Shown here piece by piece: positions 39,129 to 48,734 of a stretch of DNA of 64,000 bases. Numbering within the stretch: the first letter of the stretch is position 1; each line of letters opens with the position of its first letter. Location of the stretch: the NCBI GenBank assembly GCA_963814125.1, contig CAWFBR010000007.1, positions 18,506-82,505 of the forward strand, written 5' to 3'. The notes under the pieces are model-generated. The model ran no database searches and was not told where the DNA came from. It saw only the letters and a program-made list of their open reading frames with translations. The DNA comes from an uncultured Chloroflexia bacterium (lineage in GTDB: Bacteria; Chloroflexota; Limnocylindria; Limnocylindrales; CSP1-4). A program made the position numbers and the translations under genes.

Positions 39129-40085
39129 ATGACCGCGCCCCAACCTGTCATCCGCGCCCGGGGACTGACCAAGACCTTCGGACCGGTCCGCGCGCTCGAC
39201 GGACTCAACCTCGAAGTGGCCCCCGGCGAGGTCCACGGCTTCCTCGGCCCTAACGGAGCGGGCAAGTCGACGACGATCCGTGTCGTCCTCGGCCTCATCC
39301 GCGCTAGCGGCGGTGACGTCGAACTCTTCGGCGGTGACCCGTGGCGGCACGCCACGACGCTCCACGAACGGCTCGCCTACGTCGCCGGCGACGTGGCACT
39401 CTGGCCGGGGCTCACCGGTGGGCAGTGCCTCGACATCCTCGGCGCGACCCAGGGCGGGCTCGACGAGGCTCGCCGAGCCGCCCTCATCGAGCGGTTCGAC
39501 CTCGACCCCACCAAGCGGATCCGCGACTACTCCAAGGGCAACCGGCAGAAGGTCGCCCTCATTGCGGCCCTCGCCGCCGACGCCGACGTGCTCGTGCTCG
39601 ACGAGCCCACCTCCGGCCTGGACCCGCTCATGGAACAGGCCTTCCAGGAGGTCGTCCGCGAGCGGCGCAAGGAGGGCTGCACGGTCCTGCTGTCGAGCCA
39701 CATCCTCGGCGAGGTCGAAGCCCTTGCCGACCGGGTGACCATCATCCGACGGGGCCGGACCGTGACCACCGGAACTCTCGCCGAGCTGCGACGGCATACC
39801 CGCACGCACGTCCATGCGGTCACCATCGACGCGCCCGCCGGCCTCGCCGACGCCCCGGGCGTCGCGGACCTCGTCTCCGAGCGGCTCGACGGCCACGTCG
39901 ACAGCCGGTTTACCATCGACGCCGACCATCTCGACGACGTCGTGGGCCGGCTGCACACCGCGCGGATCCACACCCTCACCGTTACCCCGCCGAGCCTGGA
40001 CGCGCTCTTCCTGCGCGCCTATGACGGAGTGGCCGCTCCCCTCGACACCACCGAGCTCGGAGCGCCGGCCGAGGCGCGACGATGA
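39129..40085 (+). CDS. ABC transporter ATP-binding protein (ABC-2 exporter type)
   Basis: Walker A GPNGAGKST, signature and Walker B LVLDEPTSGLD. Confidence 0.9.
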   Translation: MTAPQPVIRARGLTKTFGPVRALDGLNLEVAPGEVHGFLGPNGAGKSTTIRVVLGLIRASGGDVELFGGDPWRHATTLHERLAYVAGDVALWPGLTGGQCLDILGATQGGLDEARRAALIERFDLDPTKRIRDYSKGNRQKVALIAALAADADVLVLDEPTSGLDPLMEQAFQEVVRERRKEGCTVLLSSHILGEVEALADRVTIIRRGRTVTTGTLAELRRHTRTHVHAVTIDAPAGLADAPGVADLVSERLDGHVDSRFTIDADHLDDVVGRLHTARIHTLTVTPPSLDALFLRAYDGVAAPLDTTELGAPAEARR

Positions 40086-41665
40086 ACGCGACCGGTCTGG
40101 GGGTCATGCTCGGTATCCAGTGGCGGACGCACCGCCGCTCCACGCTCATCTGGATGTTCGTGCTCATCGCCGCCATGATCGGCACGGCGGGCGCGATCGC
40201 GGGCACCTACACCACGCCCGAGCAGATCCACACGTACGCCGCGGCCGTCACGGCCGGGAGCGCGCTCGTCGCGATCAACGGCCGGGTCGAGGGCATCGAC
40301 AGCCTCGGCGGGGTCATAGCGGACGAGTTCGGCTTCCTCGCCGCCTTCCTCCTGCCGCTGCTCGGCATCAGCCTCGTCGCGCAGGCCACCCGCGCGGAGG
40401 AGGAGGCCGGCCGGCTCGAGACGGTCCTCGCGGGCCGCGTTGCGCGCCACGTCCCGGCACTGGCCGGGCTCATGCTCGCCTCCGCCGCGATCTTCGTCAC
40501 CGCCGTCGCGTTCGCCCTCGGGCTCGTCGCGTCCGGAGTACCCGCGGCCCGATCGGTCCTCTACGCCGCTTCACTCGGAACTCTCGCATTCGTCTTCGCC
40601 GGGTTCGCGGCGCTGCTCGCCCAGGTCACCCTGCACTCCCGGGGCGTCTACACGTGGGGCCTGCTCGTCCTCGCCGTCGCCTACGTGTTGCGCGGCGTCG
40701 GAGACGTGACGAATACGTGGATCACGTGGCTCTCGCCGCTCGGCTGGGCGGAGAAGGCCGCGGCCTTCGGGGACATGCGGTGGTGGACGCTCCTCATCCC
40801 CATCGCCTTCGGCGTCTTGCTCGCCGCGCTCGCCGTCCTCATCGCCGCGCGCCGCGACCTCGGCAGCTCCCTCTTCCGCGGTGGCGCGGGATCGGCTCGG
40901 GCGTCGAGGTGGCTGCGCAGCCCGCTCGGGCTCGCGACCGAGATCCACCTGCCGGCTGCCCTCGGTTGGCTCGCCGGTGCGCTGATCATCGCGGGCATGA
41001 TGGGCGCGCTGGCCCAGCAGTTCCTCGACGCCATCGCCGGCAGCCCGTCCATGGCCGAGGCCATCGGGATGTCCAGCGCGCGACCGGAGGATGGATTCGT
41101 CGCCATAACCCAGCTCTACATCGCCATCATCGCCACGGGGTACGCTGTCCAGGCCATCGGCAGTCTGCGCGGCGAGGAGACCGCCGGACGGCTCGAGATC
41201 CGGTTGTCCGGCACCCTGTCCCGCATGCGCTGGCTCGCCGCCCACGGACTCGTCATCGTCACCGGCCTCGTCGTGATCGTCATCCTGTCCTCCGTCGTGC
41301 TGGCCGCGACGACGGCGTGGTCGATGGGCACCGCACTGCACCTGGACCGAGTCCTCGGGGCGGGCGCGGCATACCTGCCGGCCGAGCTCCTCGTCGCCGG
41401 GCTGGCGCTCGCGCTCTTCGGCCTGCGGCCGAGGGCGTTCCCGGCGGGCTATGCGGCCTTCGCCTTCGTCTCCTTCATCGCCCTCCTCGGCCCGGGCCTC
41501 AAGCTGGCCTGGTGGATACGCGACCTCGCCCCGACGACCCATGTCGGCAACCCTCCACTGGGCACCGTCGAGGCGCTGCCCCTCGTCGTCCTCGGCGCGA
41601 TCACCGCGGTCCTCGGCGTCGCCGCAGCCGTCGGCTTCCGTCGTCGAGGTGTGCCCCAGAGCTGA
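40082..41665 (+). CDS. ABC-2 family transporter permease (12 TM, duplicated 6-TM)
   Basis: 527 aa polytopic protein. ATGA overlap with the ATPase gene. Confidence 0.8.
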   Translation: MNATGLGVMLGIQWRTHRRSTLIWMFVLIAAMIGTAGAIAGTYTTPEQIHTYAAAVTAGSALVAINGRVEGIDSLGGVIADEFGFLAAFLLPLLGISLVAQATRAEEEAGRLETVLAGRVARHVPALAGLMLASAAIFVTAVAFALGLVASGVPAARSVLYAASLGTLAFVFAGFAALLAQVTLHSRGVYTWGLLVLAVAYVLRGVGDVTNTWITWLSPLGWAEKAAAFGDMRWWTLLIPIAFGVLLAALAVLIAARRDLGSSLFRGGAGSARASRWLRSPLGLATEIHLPAALGWLAGALIIAGMMGALAQQFLDAIAGSPSMAEAIGMSSARPEDGFVAITQLYIAIIATGYAVQAIGSLRGEETAGRLEIRLSGTLSRMRWLAAHGLVIVTGLVVIVILSSVVLAATTAWSMGTALHLDRVLGAGAAYLPAELLVAGLALALFGLRPRAFPAGYAAFAFVSFIALLGPGLKLAWWIRDLAPTTHVGNPPLGTVEALPLVVLGAITAVLGVAAAVGFRRRGVPQS

Positions 41666-41822
41666 TGGCCGTGGGGATCGGAAACCCCGACTCGATCACG
41701 CGTCCAGACCGTAGTACTCGTAACTGAACTCGCATCCCGGAACCGGATGGCCGGCGTCAGACCGAGACTGAGCACGCCACGGCTGAAGAGCACGGCGATG
41801 GCCTGTTCCTGATCGTCGTCGG

Positions 41823-41876
41823 GCTGGGGTGGAACGCAGCCACGGCGACCTGAATGTCCCACTCCCGATCGAGTGC
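41823..41876. repeat. Copy C of a dispersed non-coding repeat family (core GGCGACCTGAATGTCCCAYTCC.G.TCGA.TGC)
   Basis: Nucleotide-level similarity to 63595-63640. The reading frames differ between copies. Confidence 0.5.
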
Positions 41877-42349
41877 GCGCTGGATGACCAGGTTTCGCCG
41901 CGTCGAATACGACAATCGCCGCTCTACGGGCAGACGGCGGGCGCCGTGGCCGGATCCACGTCCGTGCAGAGGTCATCCTTCGTGATCAAACCGGAGTCGA
42001 GCACGAGGCTGAAGTTGTCCCGGGTGATCGCCTGCGGCTGGAACTGGATCTGCCACATCTTGTTCCCGGCCGGCGACGTGATCTGCTTCGCACCCGAGAC
42101 CTTGGCAATGTCGTTACTGTGGCACAGCTCGACGGCGGCTTCCGCGGCGGCGGTGCCCACTCGAACCCCCTCAACAACTAAATGTGCGACGCACCTCGCC
42201 CAAAACGATACGCCAAGGGAAGGGCCCTCAGGCGACCGCAACCGCCACGTGGGCACCAGGCTGCTCGAAGATGACGTCGGTCGATGCCTCGAGGACCGCC
42301 AGGTCTGCGCCCGGCGCGACGAAGCCGGGGCTGGCCCCACCACGGAGCC

Positions 42350-42883
42350 CTACCGAGTTATCCGATAGTCGACGATCAGATAGCCGGTCGGTGAGATCTC
42401 GCTTCGGATCAATTCGAGCTTGATCGATGGCAGGTCGTCGAGGAGTCGTCGCCCGTGGCCGACGATCATCGGCCCTACCACGAGCTTGAGCTCGTCGACC
42501 ACACCGGCTGCGAGCAACGCCTGCGCGACCGAGATACTGGCGTGCACGCCGATCTCGCCACCAGGCTGCTGCTTGAGATCCCGAACGAATTCGACCAGAC
42601 CGCCCTCGATCGCAATCGCGTTGGCCCACTCCAGGTCAAGCGGCGTCGATGTCGCGACATACTTCGTGACCCCGTTGATGAAGGTCGCGAACGGCTCGGT
42701 CTCGCTGTTGGGCCAGAACCGCCCCCACTCGTCGTAGCTTCGGCGGCCGAGGACGACCGCGCCCTGGGTCTCGATCGTGGCGCCAAGCCTGCGGTCCACT
42801 GCGTCGTCCCACTCGAAGAATGTATCCGGAGCCTCGGCTACCCCGTCGAGCGACACCAACTCGTACACGACAATCTTTCGCAC
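42350..42883 (-). CDS. Dihydrofolate reductase family protein (RibD C-terminal domain)
   Basis: MRKIVVYELVSLDGVAEAPD..., second paralogue in the window. Confidence 0.8.
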   Translation of the reverse strand: MRKIVVYELVSLDGVAEAPDTFFEWDDAVDRRLGATIETQGAVVLGRRSYDEWGRFWPNSETEPFATFINGVTKYVATSTPLDLEWANAIAIEGGLVEFVRDLKQQPGGEIGVHASISVAQALLAAGVVDELKLVVGPMIVGHGRRLLDDLPSIKLELIRSEISPTGYLIVDYRITR

Positions 42884-43574
42884 GCCTTGCCTCCGATTAG
42901 TCTCGCCGCGCGTCGCTGAACCTGACGCCGGACCTACCGCGCGGCGCCAGCTTGGGATGGCCGTCCAAAGTCGTCAACCGCTTGCCTCCGCCCCGCACGG
43001 CAGGTCGAGACAACCCGTTACGTTCGTTCGCTGGAAGGCCACATCCACGATGCTACAAAGGCGACCAGGCTTGTGAGCCACGCCGCGGCGGCGATCAGTT
43101 CGGCGTTCCGCTCCTGCTCTTCGACCCGCTGAAGGGAACGACCGACGAGGACGGTTCCGCCGCTCCAGGAGACCGTAACGGACGCGATCCGCACTCCGGC
43201 TCGAGGTTCCCACGTCACTGCGTTGGGCGATCCCTTCCTGGCCGAGTCGAGAACCCCGCTCGGAGGAAACGGCACGCTGCCGTCCAGAGCGGCGTTCGAG
43301 GCGAGGACCTGATCCCTTGAGTCGAAGACGGTCATGAAAGGGGCGAGACTCGTGGCCGCGTCCACGGTGGCGGGGCCTGCAATCGATGCAGGGCTGGCGC
43401 CGGCGTCGAGCCGCTGGCGGTCTGCCGACCCGGGCAGTCCGACGAGCGGGCGCTGGCGGAGCTGGCCGCCAGGAATACGGCGCGAGAGAAATACTCCTCG
43501 GTGAGGTCCTCGAGGACCGCGGGCCGCGGGAGGGTTCAGCCGCCATCACGGACGCAGAGGCTGGATTCGGGACC

Positions 43575-43599
43575 TTCAGGTCGGGCGGTTCAATGTCCC
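43575..43599. repeat. Short segment (copy D) matching the upstream module of repeat copy B (TTCAGGTCGG[G/T]CGGTTCA...ATGTCCC)
   Basis: 18/19 nt identical to 63457-63475, about 130 bp upstream of the SBBP gene. Confidence 0.35.
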
Positions 43600-43731
43600 G
43601 CCGGGCGGCTCTTGTCACCCTCATGTCATCGAGGCGTCATCGGCCTGTCACCTGGGTTCGGGATCTTGTCGTGGGCCTTCTGATAGTTGCCCTCGGAGCG
43701 CGATCAAGGACGGCCGATATGGGAGGAAGCC

Positions 43732-45588
43732 ATGAATCCATCGCTGCTAACGCAAGCCCGGCGCCTGGGCTCGGGTCGCTCGCTGGTATTCTGCGCGCTG
43801 ACAGCGGCCCTGCTGGCGGTTGTCGCGAGCCCTCCGGCCCAGGGCTCGAGCGTCCGGGCCGCGAATGCCGATCCGACCTTCATCTACCAGACCAACTATG
43901 ACGGCGGCCCGTTCGACAACGGCGGGAACGATGAGGTCGTCGATAGCGCCGGAAACGCCTACATCCTGGAGGGGATCTACGACAGCATCGACAGGAACGA
44001 CGTGTTGGTGCTCAAGCTATCCCCGACCGGCGCGGTCCTCTTCACCACCTATCTGCGCGGCGGCGCCCTCGACTGGGGCACCGGCCTGGCCCTCGACGGT
44101 AGTGGCGGGCTGTGGGTGACCGGCTACACCGACTCGGCCGACTTCCCTGTGGTCAACGCGGCCCAGCCCGTGAAGGACGCGCGCCGATCCGGCTTCATCG
44201 CCCGCCTGTCCACCTCGAGCGGCGCGATCCTGTACAGCAGCTTCTTCGGCGGCAACGGCAATGACCAGATCAACGATCTGGTCATCGGGCCTAACGGCGA
44301 CATCTACTTGACCGGGCAGACCAATTCGACCGATCTCCCGGTCGTAAGCCCGTTGCAGACCAGCGCCGGCGATCGCGACGCCTTCGTGGTGCGCCTCTCG
44401 CCGGATGCCCGCACCGTCTTGTACGGCACCTACCTCGGCGGTTCCAACTACGACGAGGGCAACGGCATTGGCCTGGACGCGGCCGGCAACATCTACATCG
44501 CCGGCGACACCCAGGCGAATGATTTCCCCACCGTCAACGCCGTCCAGTCCAGCCGGGGCGGCGACTACGACGCGTGGGCGGCGCGGATCTCGGCCGATGG
44601 TTCGCATCTCGACTACAGCACCTACCTGGGAGGATCTCGCTACGAGTCCCCCTCCCGCATCAGCGTCGACGCGGCAGGCGACCTGACGCTGACCGGTTCC
44701 ACCAACTCGGCGAACTTCCCCACGACACCGGGCACGGCCCAGCCGGTGGCCACCGGCGACATCTGCGGCTCGTCCCCTTATCAGCACTACTGCTACGACG
44801 GCTTCGTGACTCGCCTTGCCCCGAACGGTGCGCTCGTCTACAGCACGTTCCTGGGAGGCAGCCTCGACAACCAGCTGAACAATCTGGCTGTCGACGGGGC
44901 CGGCAATGTCTATGTGATCGGCTACAGCAACTTCGCGGCGGCGCCGCCCGACTACCTGCCGACCTCGGACATCTACCTGGCCAGCCTTGACAACAGTGGC
45001 GACCTGCGGGCCAGCCTGATCTTCGACGCGGTCGTGCCCAACAGCTCGCACGGCCTTGCGCTCGGTCCGGGCGGCGACGTGTTCTTCACGGGCGTCCGAA
45101 ACCTGGCCGAGGACCTGTACGCGGCCCGACTGGTTCTCGGTAGCGGGCCGGCCCCCACACCAACGCCGACGCCCTTGCCGACCGCAACACCCACTCCCAC
45201 TCCCACCCCGACGCCGACGCCGATCGCGACGCCGACGCCCGAGGCCGCCAGCCTGCACGTGGCCGACCTGGACGGCAGCGCGACCGCCATAGGACGGCGC
45301 TTCTGGCGTGCCGGCGTCACCGTCCTGGTGCAAAACGCCGCCAATGACCCCGTCGCGAATGTCACGGTCACAGGTCGTTGGAGCCGCGGCACCTCGGGCA
45401 ACGTCCAGTGCGTCACCAACGCGAGCGGGACCTGCACGCTCTCGACCGGCACCATCAGCCAGCGAACGAGCAGCGTCACCCTCACGATCAGCAACCTGAC
45501 CGGCTCCGGATACACCTATGCCCCCGGAGCCAACACCGACCCCGACGGCGACAGCGACGGCACGACCATCGTCGTCTCGAGGCCCTGA
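43732..45588 (+). CDS. Secreted SBBP-repeat beta-propeller protein with PT-rich linker and C-terminal beta domain
   Basis: RBS GGGAGGAAGCC-ATG and a signal peptide. Several SBBP-type repeats (GYTDSADFPVVNAAQP; GDTQANDFPTVNAVQS; GSTNSANFPTTPG). Linker PTPTPTPLPTATPTPTPTPTPTPIATPTP. Confidence 0.8.
   Translation: MNPSLLTQARRLGSGRSLVFCALTAALLAVVASPPAQGSSVRAANADPTFIYQTNYDGGPFDNGGNDEVVDSAGNAYILEGIYDSIDRNDVLVLKLSPTGAVLFTTYLRGGALDWGTGLALDGSGGLWVTGYTDSADFPVVNAAQPVKDARRSGFIARLSTSSGAILYSSFFGGNGNDQINDLVIGPNGDIYLTGQTNSTDLPVVSPLQTSAGDRDAFVVRLSPDARTVLYGTYLGGSNYDEGNGIGLDAAGNIYIAGDTQANDFPTVNAVQSSRGGDYDAWAARISADGSHLDYSTYLGGSRYESPSRISVDAAGDLTLTGSTNSANFPTTPGTAQPVATGDICGSSPYQHYCYDGFVTRLAPNGALVYSTFLGGSLDNQLNNLAVDGAGNVYVIGYSNFAAAPPDYLPTSDIYLASLDNSGDLRASLIFDAVVPNSSHGLALGPGGDVFFTGVRNLAEDLYAARLVLGSGPAPTPTPTPLPTATPTPTPTPTPTPIATPTPEAASLHVADLDGSATAIGRRFWRAGVTVLVQNAANDPVANVTVTGRWSRGTSGNVQCVTNASGTCTLSTGTISQRTSSVTLTISNLTGSGYTYAPGANTDPDGDSDGTTIVVSRP
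45159..45243. repeat. Imperfect tandem ACNCCNACNCCG coding repeat (PT linker)
   Basis: Read directly in the sequence. Confidence 0.6.
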
Positions 45589-45677
45589 CACAGCCACTCG
45601 GCCAAGCGAGCCGTGATACGTCAACGCCCAGCCTCAGGGCCACCGGCCTCGAGGCTGGGCGATCGTCGGCCGAGACG

Positions 45678-46400
45678 TCACCGCGCGGCGACCGGCAACG
45701 CATCGAGGAGGGCCGCCAGCTCGACGGGCTTCGTGAACATCGGCCAGTGCCCGGTATCGATCTCCGTGTACTCCCACCCGGGAGTCTCGGGCGTAATCGG
45801 CGACCAGGCGTCCGCCGCGGCGCGGATGTAGGTACGGTCGATCGTCTCCGCGGCAGGATTTCCGAGCGACATGCGTTCCCGATAGGTTCCGATTGGATGT
45901 GGCGTTCCGCGCGTGGCCAGAACCTCGAACAGCGCGCCGTCGACGCCGTGCGCTCCGTAATAGAGATCGAGCTCCGCCCGCCCGATAACCGGCAGTCGGA
46001 ACGGATCACCCGCAGCGGCCGCGCTGGCCTCCATCCCGGCCTTCGCCTCAGGACCAATCACATCGAAGAGCGACAGGCCATCGGGCAGCACGACGCCGGC
46101 CACGTACACGAGGCGTGCGACTCGGTCTGGGATTCGGTCGGCGACTCCGGTGATCACGGCTCCCGCGTACGAGTGGCCGACGAGGATCACGTCACGGAGG
46201 TCGTCCTTCTCAAACAAGGAGACGACGTCGTCCACGTGAGTCGTCAGGTTCGTCTCCGGCGTCCCTTCGCTTGCGCGCTCCGCCAGGCCGCTGAGCGTCA
46301 CCGGGCGAACTTCATGCCCGCGACGACGAAGGTCGGCGGCGGTGGCCTCCCACGCCCAGGCACCGAGCCAGGCCCCGGGGATGAGGACGAATGTGCTCAC
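45678..46400 (-). CDS. Alpha/beta hydrolase (esterase/lipase fold)
   Basis: GTG start after GGAGAC. Nucleophile elbow GHSYAG and a C-terminal His. Confidence 0.8.
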   Translation of the reverse strand: MSTFVLIPGAWLGAWAWEATAADLRRRGHEVRPVTLSGLAERASEGTPETNLTTHVDDVVSLFEKDDLRDVILVGHSYAGAVITGVADRIPDRVARLVYVAGVVLPDGLSLFDVIGPEAKAGMEASAAAAGDPFRLPVIGRAELDLYYGAHGVDGALFEVLATRGTPHPIGTYRERMSLGNPAAETIDRTYIRAAADAWSPITPETPGWEYTEIDTGHWPMFTKPVELAALLDALPVAAR

Positions 46401-46460
46401 GGTTGTCTCCTTTCGATAGATGTGTCCGGTGATCGCGCTTTGTCTCCCACAATGCCACTG

Positions 46461-46485
46461 AATGAGGGCCGATAGTGTCCTCATT
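46461..46485. promoter_or_regulatory. Inverted repeat AATGAGG-N11-CCTCATT upstream of the WYL regulator gene; putative autoregulatory operator
   Basis: Perfect 7-bp arms, about 20 bp upstream of the preferred start at 46504. Confidence 0.45.
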
Positions 46486-46503
46486 CTCGGTATCCTTCTG
46501 GAC

Positions 46504-47454
46504 ATGGCCGCTACCCTTCGCCTCTTTGCACTCCTCGACGTGCTTCAGCGCGGCGGCTGGGTCTCCGGACCCGAATTAGCGAGGCGACTCGAGGTCGACG
46601 CGCGGATGCTGCGCCGCGACCTGGTCCGTCTCCAGGAGATCGGCATCCCAATCGAGTCGGAGCGCGGCCGGCATGGCGGTTACCGCCTCCGGCCCGGCTA
46701 CCGCCTGCCACCGCTCATGCTCACCGACGACGAGGCGGTCGCGGTCATCCTGGCGCTGAAGTCCGCCCGCGAACTTGGGTTCGCGACGGCTGCCCCTGCC
46801 ATCGAGACCGCAAGCGCGAAGATCCATCGTGTCCTACCAGTGGCGTTGCGCACGCGCGTGCAAACGCTCGAGGAAGCGTTGGGGCTCGCGGCACGAGCAT
46901 CCGCAGGCGGAGGGGCACAGGGCGGCGTGCTCCTGGAGCTCGCAGAGGGGATCCGGCGACAGCGTCGAGCGGTGGTCAGGTACGCCTCGCCGGGCCGCGA
47001 GCCTCGCGAGCGGAAGGTAGACCCCTATGGACTGGCGGTCATAAGCGGACGCTGGTACCTGGCGGCGCTGGACCACGGCAGCGCGGAGATTCGGACCTTC
47101 CGCGTCGACCGCATCCTCAGCGCGAAGCTGGGGCCGGAGCCCGCCGTCGTACCACCCGAGTTCGACGCCGTGGCGTTCGTCTCCCGCTCACTCGCGCGCG
47201 TGCCCTGGCGATGGGAGATCGAGCTGGTCGCCGACGCGAGCATGGACCAGGTTCGAAGGGACATCCCGGCCACGGTCGCGGAGATCGAAGAGCGACCCGA
47301 CGGCGTGCTCGTGCGTGTCCGCGCCGAGGATCTGTCGGGTGCCGCTCGGATGCTGGCAGCCGTGTCGTGGACCTTCGTCATCCGCAAGCCGGCCAAGCTA
47401 CGCACCGCGCTTCGAGAGCACGCCCAGGCGCTTCTCCAGACCTCGATCCGGTAG
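46504..47454 (+). CDS. WYL-domain transcriptional regulator (wHTH-WYL-WCX; BrxR/CapW/PafBC-like)
   Basis: N-terminal wHTH (LRLFALLDVLQRGGWVSGPELARRLEVDARMLRRDLVRLQEIGIPI), a WYL core (DPYGLAVISGRWYLAALDH) and a C-terminal extension. The track ORF starts at 46462. Confidence 0.8.
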   Translation: MAATLRLFALLDVLQRGGWVSGPELARRLEVDARMLRRDLVRLQEIGIPIESERGRHGGYRLRPGYRLPPLMLTDDEAVAVILALKSARELGFATAAPAIETASAKIHRVLPVALRTRVQTLEEALGLAARASAGGGAQGGVLLELAEGIRRQRRAVVRYASPGREPRERKVDPYGLAVISGRWYLAALDHGSAEIRTFRVDRILSAKLGPEPAVVPPEFDAVAFVSRSLARVPWRWEIELVADASMDQVRRDIPATVAEIEERPDGVLVRVRAEDLSGAARMLAAVSWTFVIRKPAKLRTALREHAQALLQTSIR

Positions 47455-47573
47455 TACGGCTGGAGGAGGCCGATCCCGAATCGCCGAAAAGCGGAGGCAC
47501 CCTCCTGATAACATCGCCCGATCGTCATGCGGGCAGAGCCACCCCAATCCATCGACTTCACACGAGGGGCAGC

Positions 47574-48734
47574 GTGAACGACGCAACAACCGCAGAGCAG
47601 GCGCGCGAGTACGCGCAGTACTGGGCCTCTCAAGTAACAGTGCTTACCGGCGCAGAACAGGCAGAAGCCCGCCGCTCGGCCGATTACTGGGCCGCACAGG
47701 CCGCACGACTGTCGGCGCCGCCGCCGGTACGGCGCAAGCTATTCACGATCCCCGTAATCATCACCCTCATTCTTGTTCCGATCCTCGTCGCCGGCACGAT
47801 CGCCACCGAGATAAGCTTGTACTCGCAGCGGGCAGCGGAGGTGCAGGAGAGTCGCGGACCCGGAGCAGAGAAGATCGCCACACTCTGGCTCGACGCTGTG
47901 ATCGCGCGTGACAGCAAGACGGCGAAGTTGTACAGCCTCGACAACTTCAGCGTCTACGGATCTGCGGACAAGGCAGACCTGAGCGGGGTGATCGTCGGCA
48001 CCCCGGAGGCGGCCAAGTCGATAGACCTCGGCGTCAGCTATTCGATTGAAGATGTGCTTTACGGCGACTGGCAGGGTGAGGCAATTGAGCCCGAGGCGAC
48101 AATCGCCGTGGTTGTCGTGCGGCTCACCTACTCGGCAACAGCGGAAGGAAATTCGGTCAAAGCGTCCGGTATCCAATCCGTCTCGCTCAAGCGAGACCAT
48201 TTCGACGCAAGGACCGGCGAAAACGTCGGCTCCGTGCCCGGTGGCTCCACCGTTCTGGGCCCCTGGAAAGTGCAGAGCATCGGCGGCACGGTTGAAGCGT
48301 CCGGCGACTTGAAGTACGACGGCGAGTACAGCACCTCGACCTACGCCGCGTCACCGCTGCCGGCAAAGTTCGCGCCTTGCACGAGCCCCAGCAGCATTAT
48401 GGACGACATGGCCGATACGGCGGTGAAAGACGGCACTCTCCCGGCGTGGTGCGCTGCCGGCTACACAAAGTTCAAGAATTACGACAGCGGTGTCACCACG
48501 ATCTTGCGGGACAACCTGGTGCCCTTTGACCGGGTTCCGCCCCACGACATCGTTGGGTTGGCACGTTGGAGGCCACAGTCGGGATTTGGCGGGCCTCCCC
48601 TCGCTGAACTCTCAACCACCCTGCTCAATCGAGAGTTCGTCTTCACCATGATTCTCGTCGACAGCAAGAACTGGCTTGACCCTAAATCCGCCGAATACCG
48701 GATAGTCAGCATCACCGAGAGGATCACTAAGTGA
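47574..48734 (+). CDS. Hypothetical single-pass membrane-anchored protein with large extracytoplasmic beta-rich domain
   Basis: GTG start after GAGGGG. Cytoplasmic N-terminal helix-rich 45 aa, a TM helix (LFTIPVIITLILVPILVAGTIATEI), then a roughly 310-aa domain. GC is lower than the flanks. Confidence 0.6.
   Translation: MNDATTAEQAREYAQYWASQVTVLTGAEQAEARRSADYWAAQAARLSAPPPVRRKLFTIPVIITLILVPILVAGTIATEISLYSQRAAEVQESRGPGAEKIATLWLDAVIARDSKTAKLYSLDNFSVYGSADKADLSGVIVGTPEAAKSIDLGVSYSIEDVLYGDWQGEAIEPEATIAVVVVRLTYSATAEGNSVKASGIQSVSLKRDHFDARTGENVGSVPGGSTVLGPWKVQSIGGTVEASGDLKYDGEYSTSTYAASPLPAKFAPCTSPSSIMDDMADTAVKDGTLPAWCAAGYTKFKNYDSGVTTILRDNLVPFDRVPPHDIVGLARWRPQSGFGGPPLAELSTTLLNREFVFTMILVDSKNWLDPKSAEYRIVSITERITK

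Noticed and set aside
38493-39971. 492-aa minus-strand ORF
   Set aside because: Antisense to the TetR and ABC ATPase genes. No motifs. A GC-frame artefact.
40571-41542. 323-aa minus-strand ORF
   Set aside because: Antisense to the ABC-2 permease. Translation is dominated by Arg/Glu/Gly/Asp runs.
41829-42368. 179-aa plus-strand ORF and 139-aa minus-strand ORF in the 41.7-42.35 kb gap
   Set aside because: The conserved part of this region matches the non-coding repeat family in a different frame from the other copies. The minus-strand frame has a short protein-like tail but no start or RBS. Possibly a decayed gene.
42974-43624. 216-aa Arg-rich minus-strand ORF and nested 115-aa ORF (43018-43365)
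   Set aside because: The long ORF is extremely Arg-rich with no structure. The nested 115-aa frame has a plausible C-terminal TM helix but no start context or homology. I left it unannotated as uncertain.
47454-47574. GGAGGAGG...CCCTCC imperfect hairpin after the WYL gene, as a possible terminator
   Set aside because: The stem is imperfect and there is no U-tract. I cannot separate it from an RBS-like purine run.
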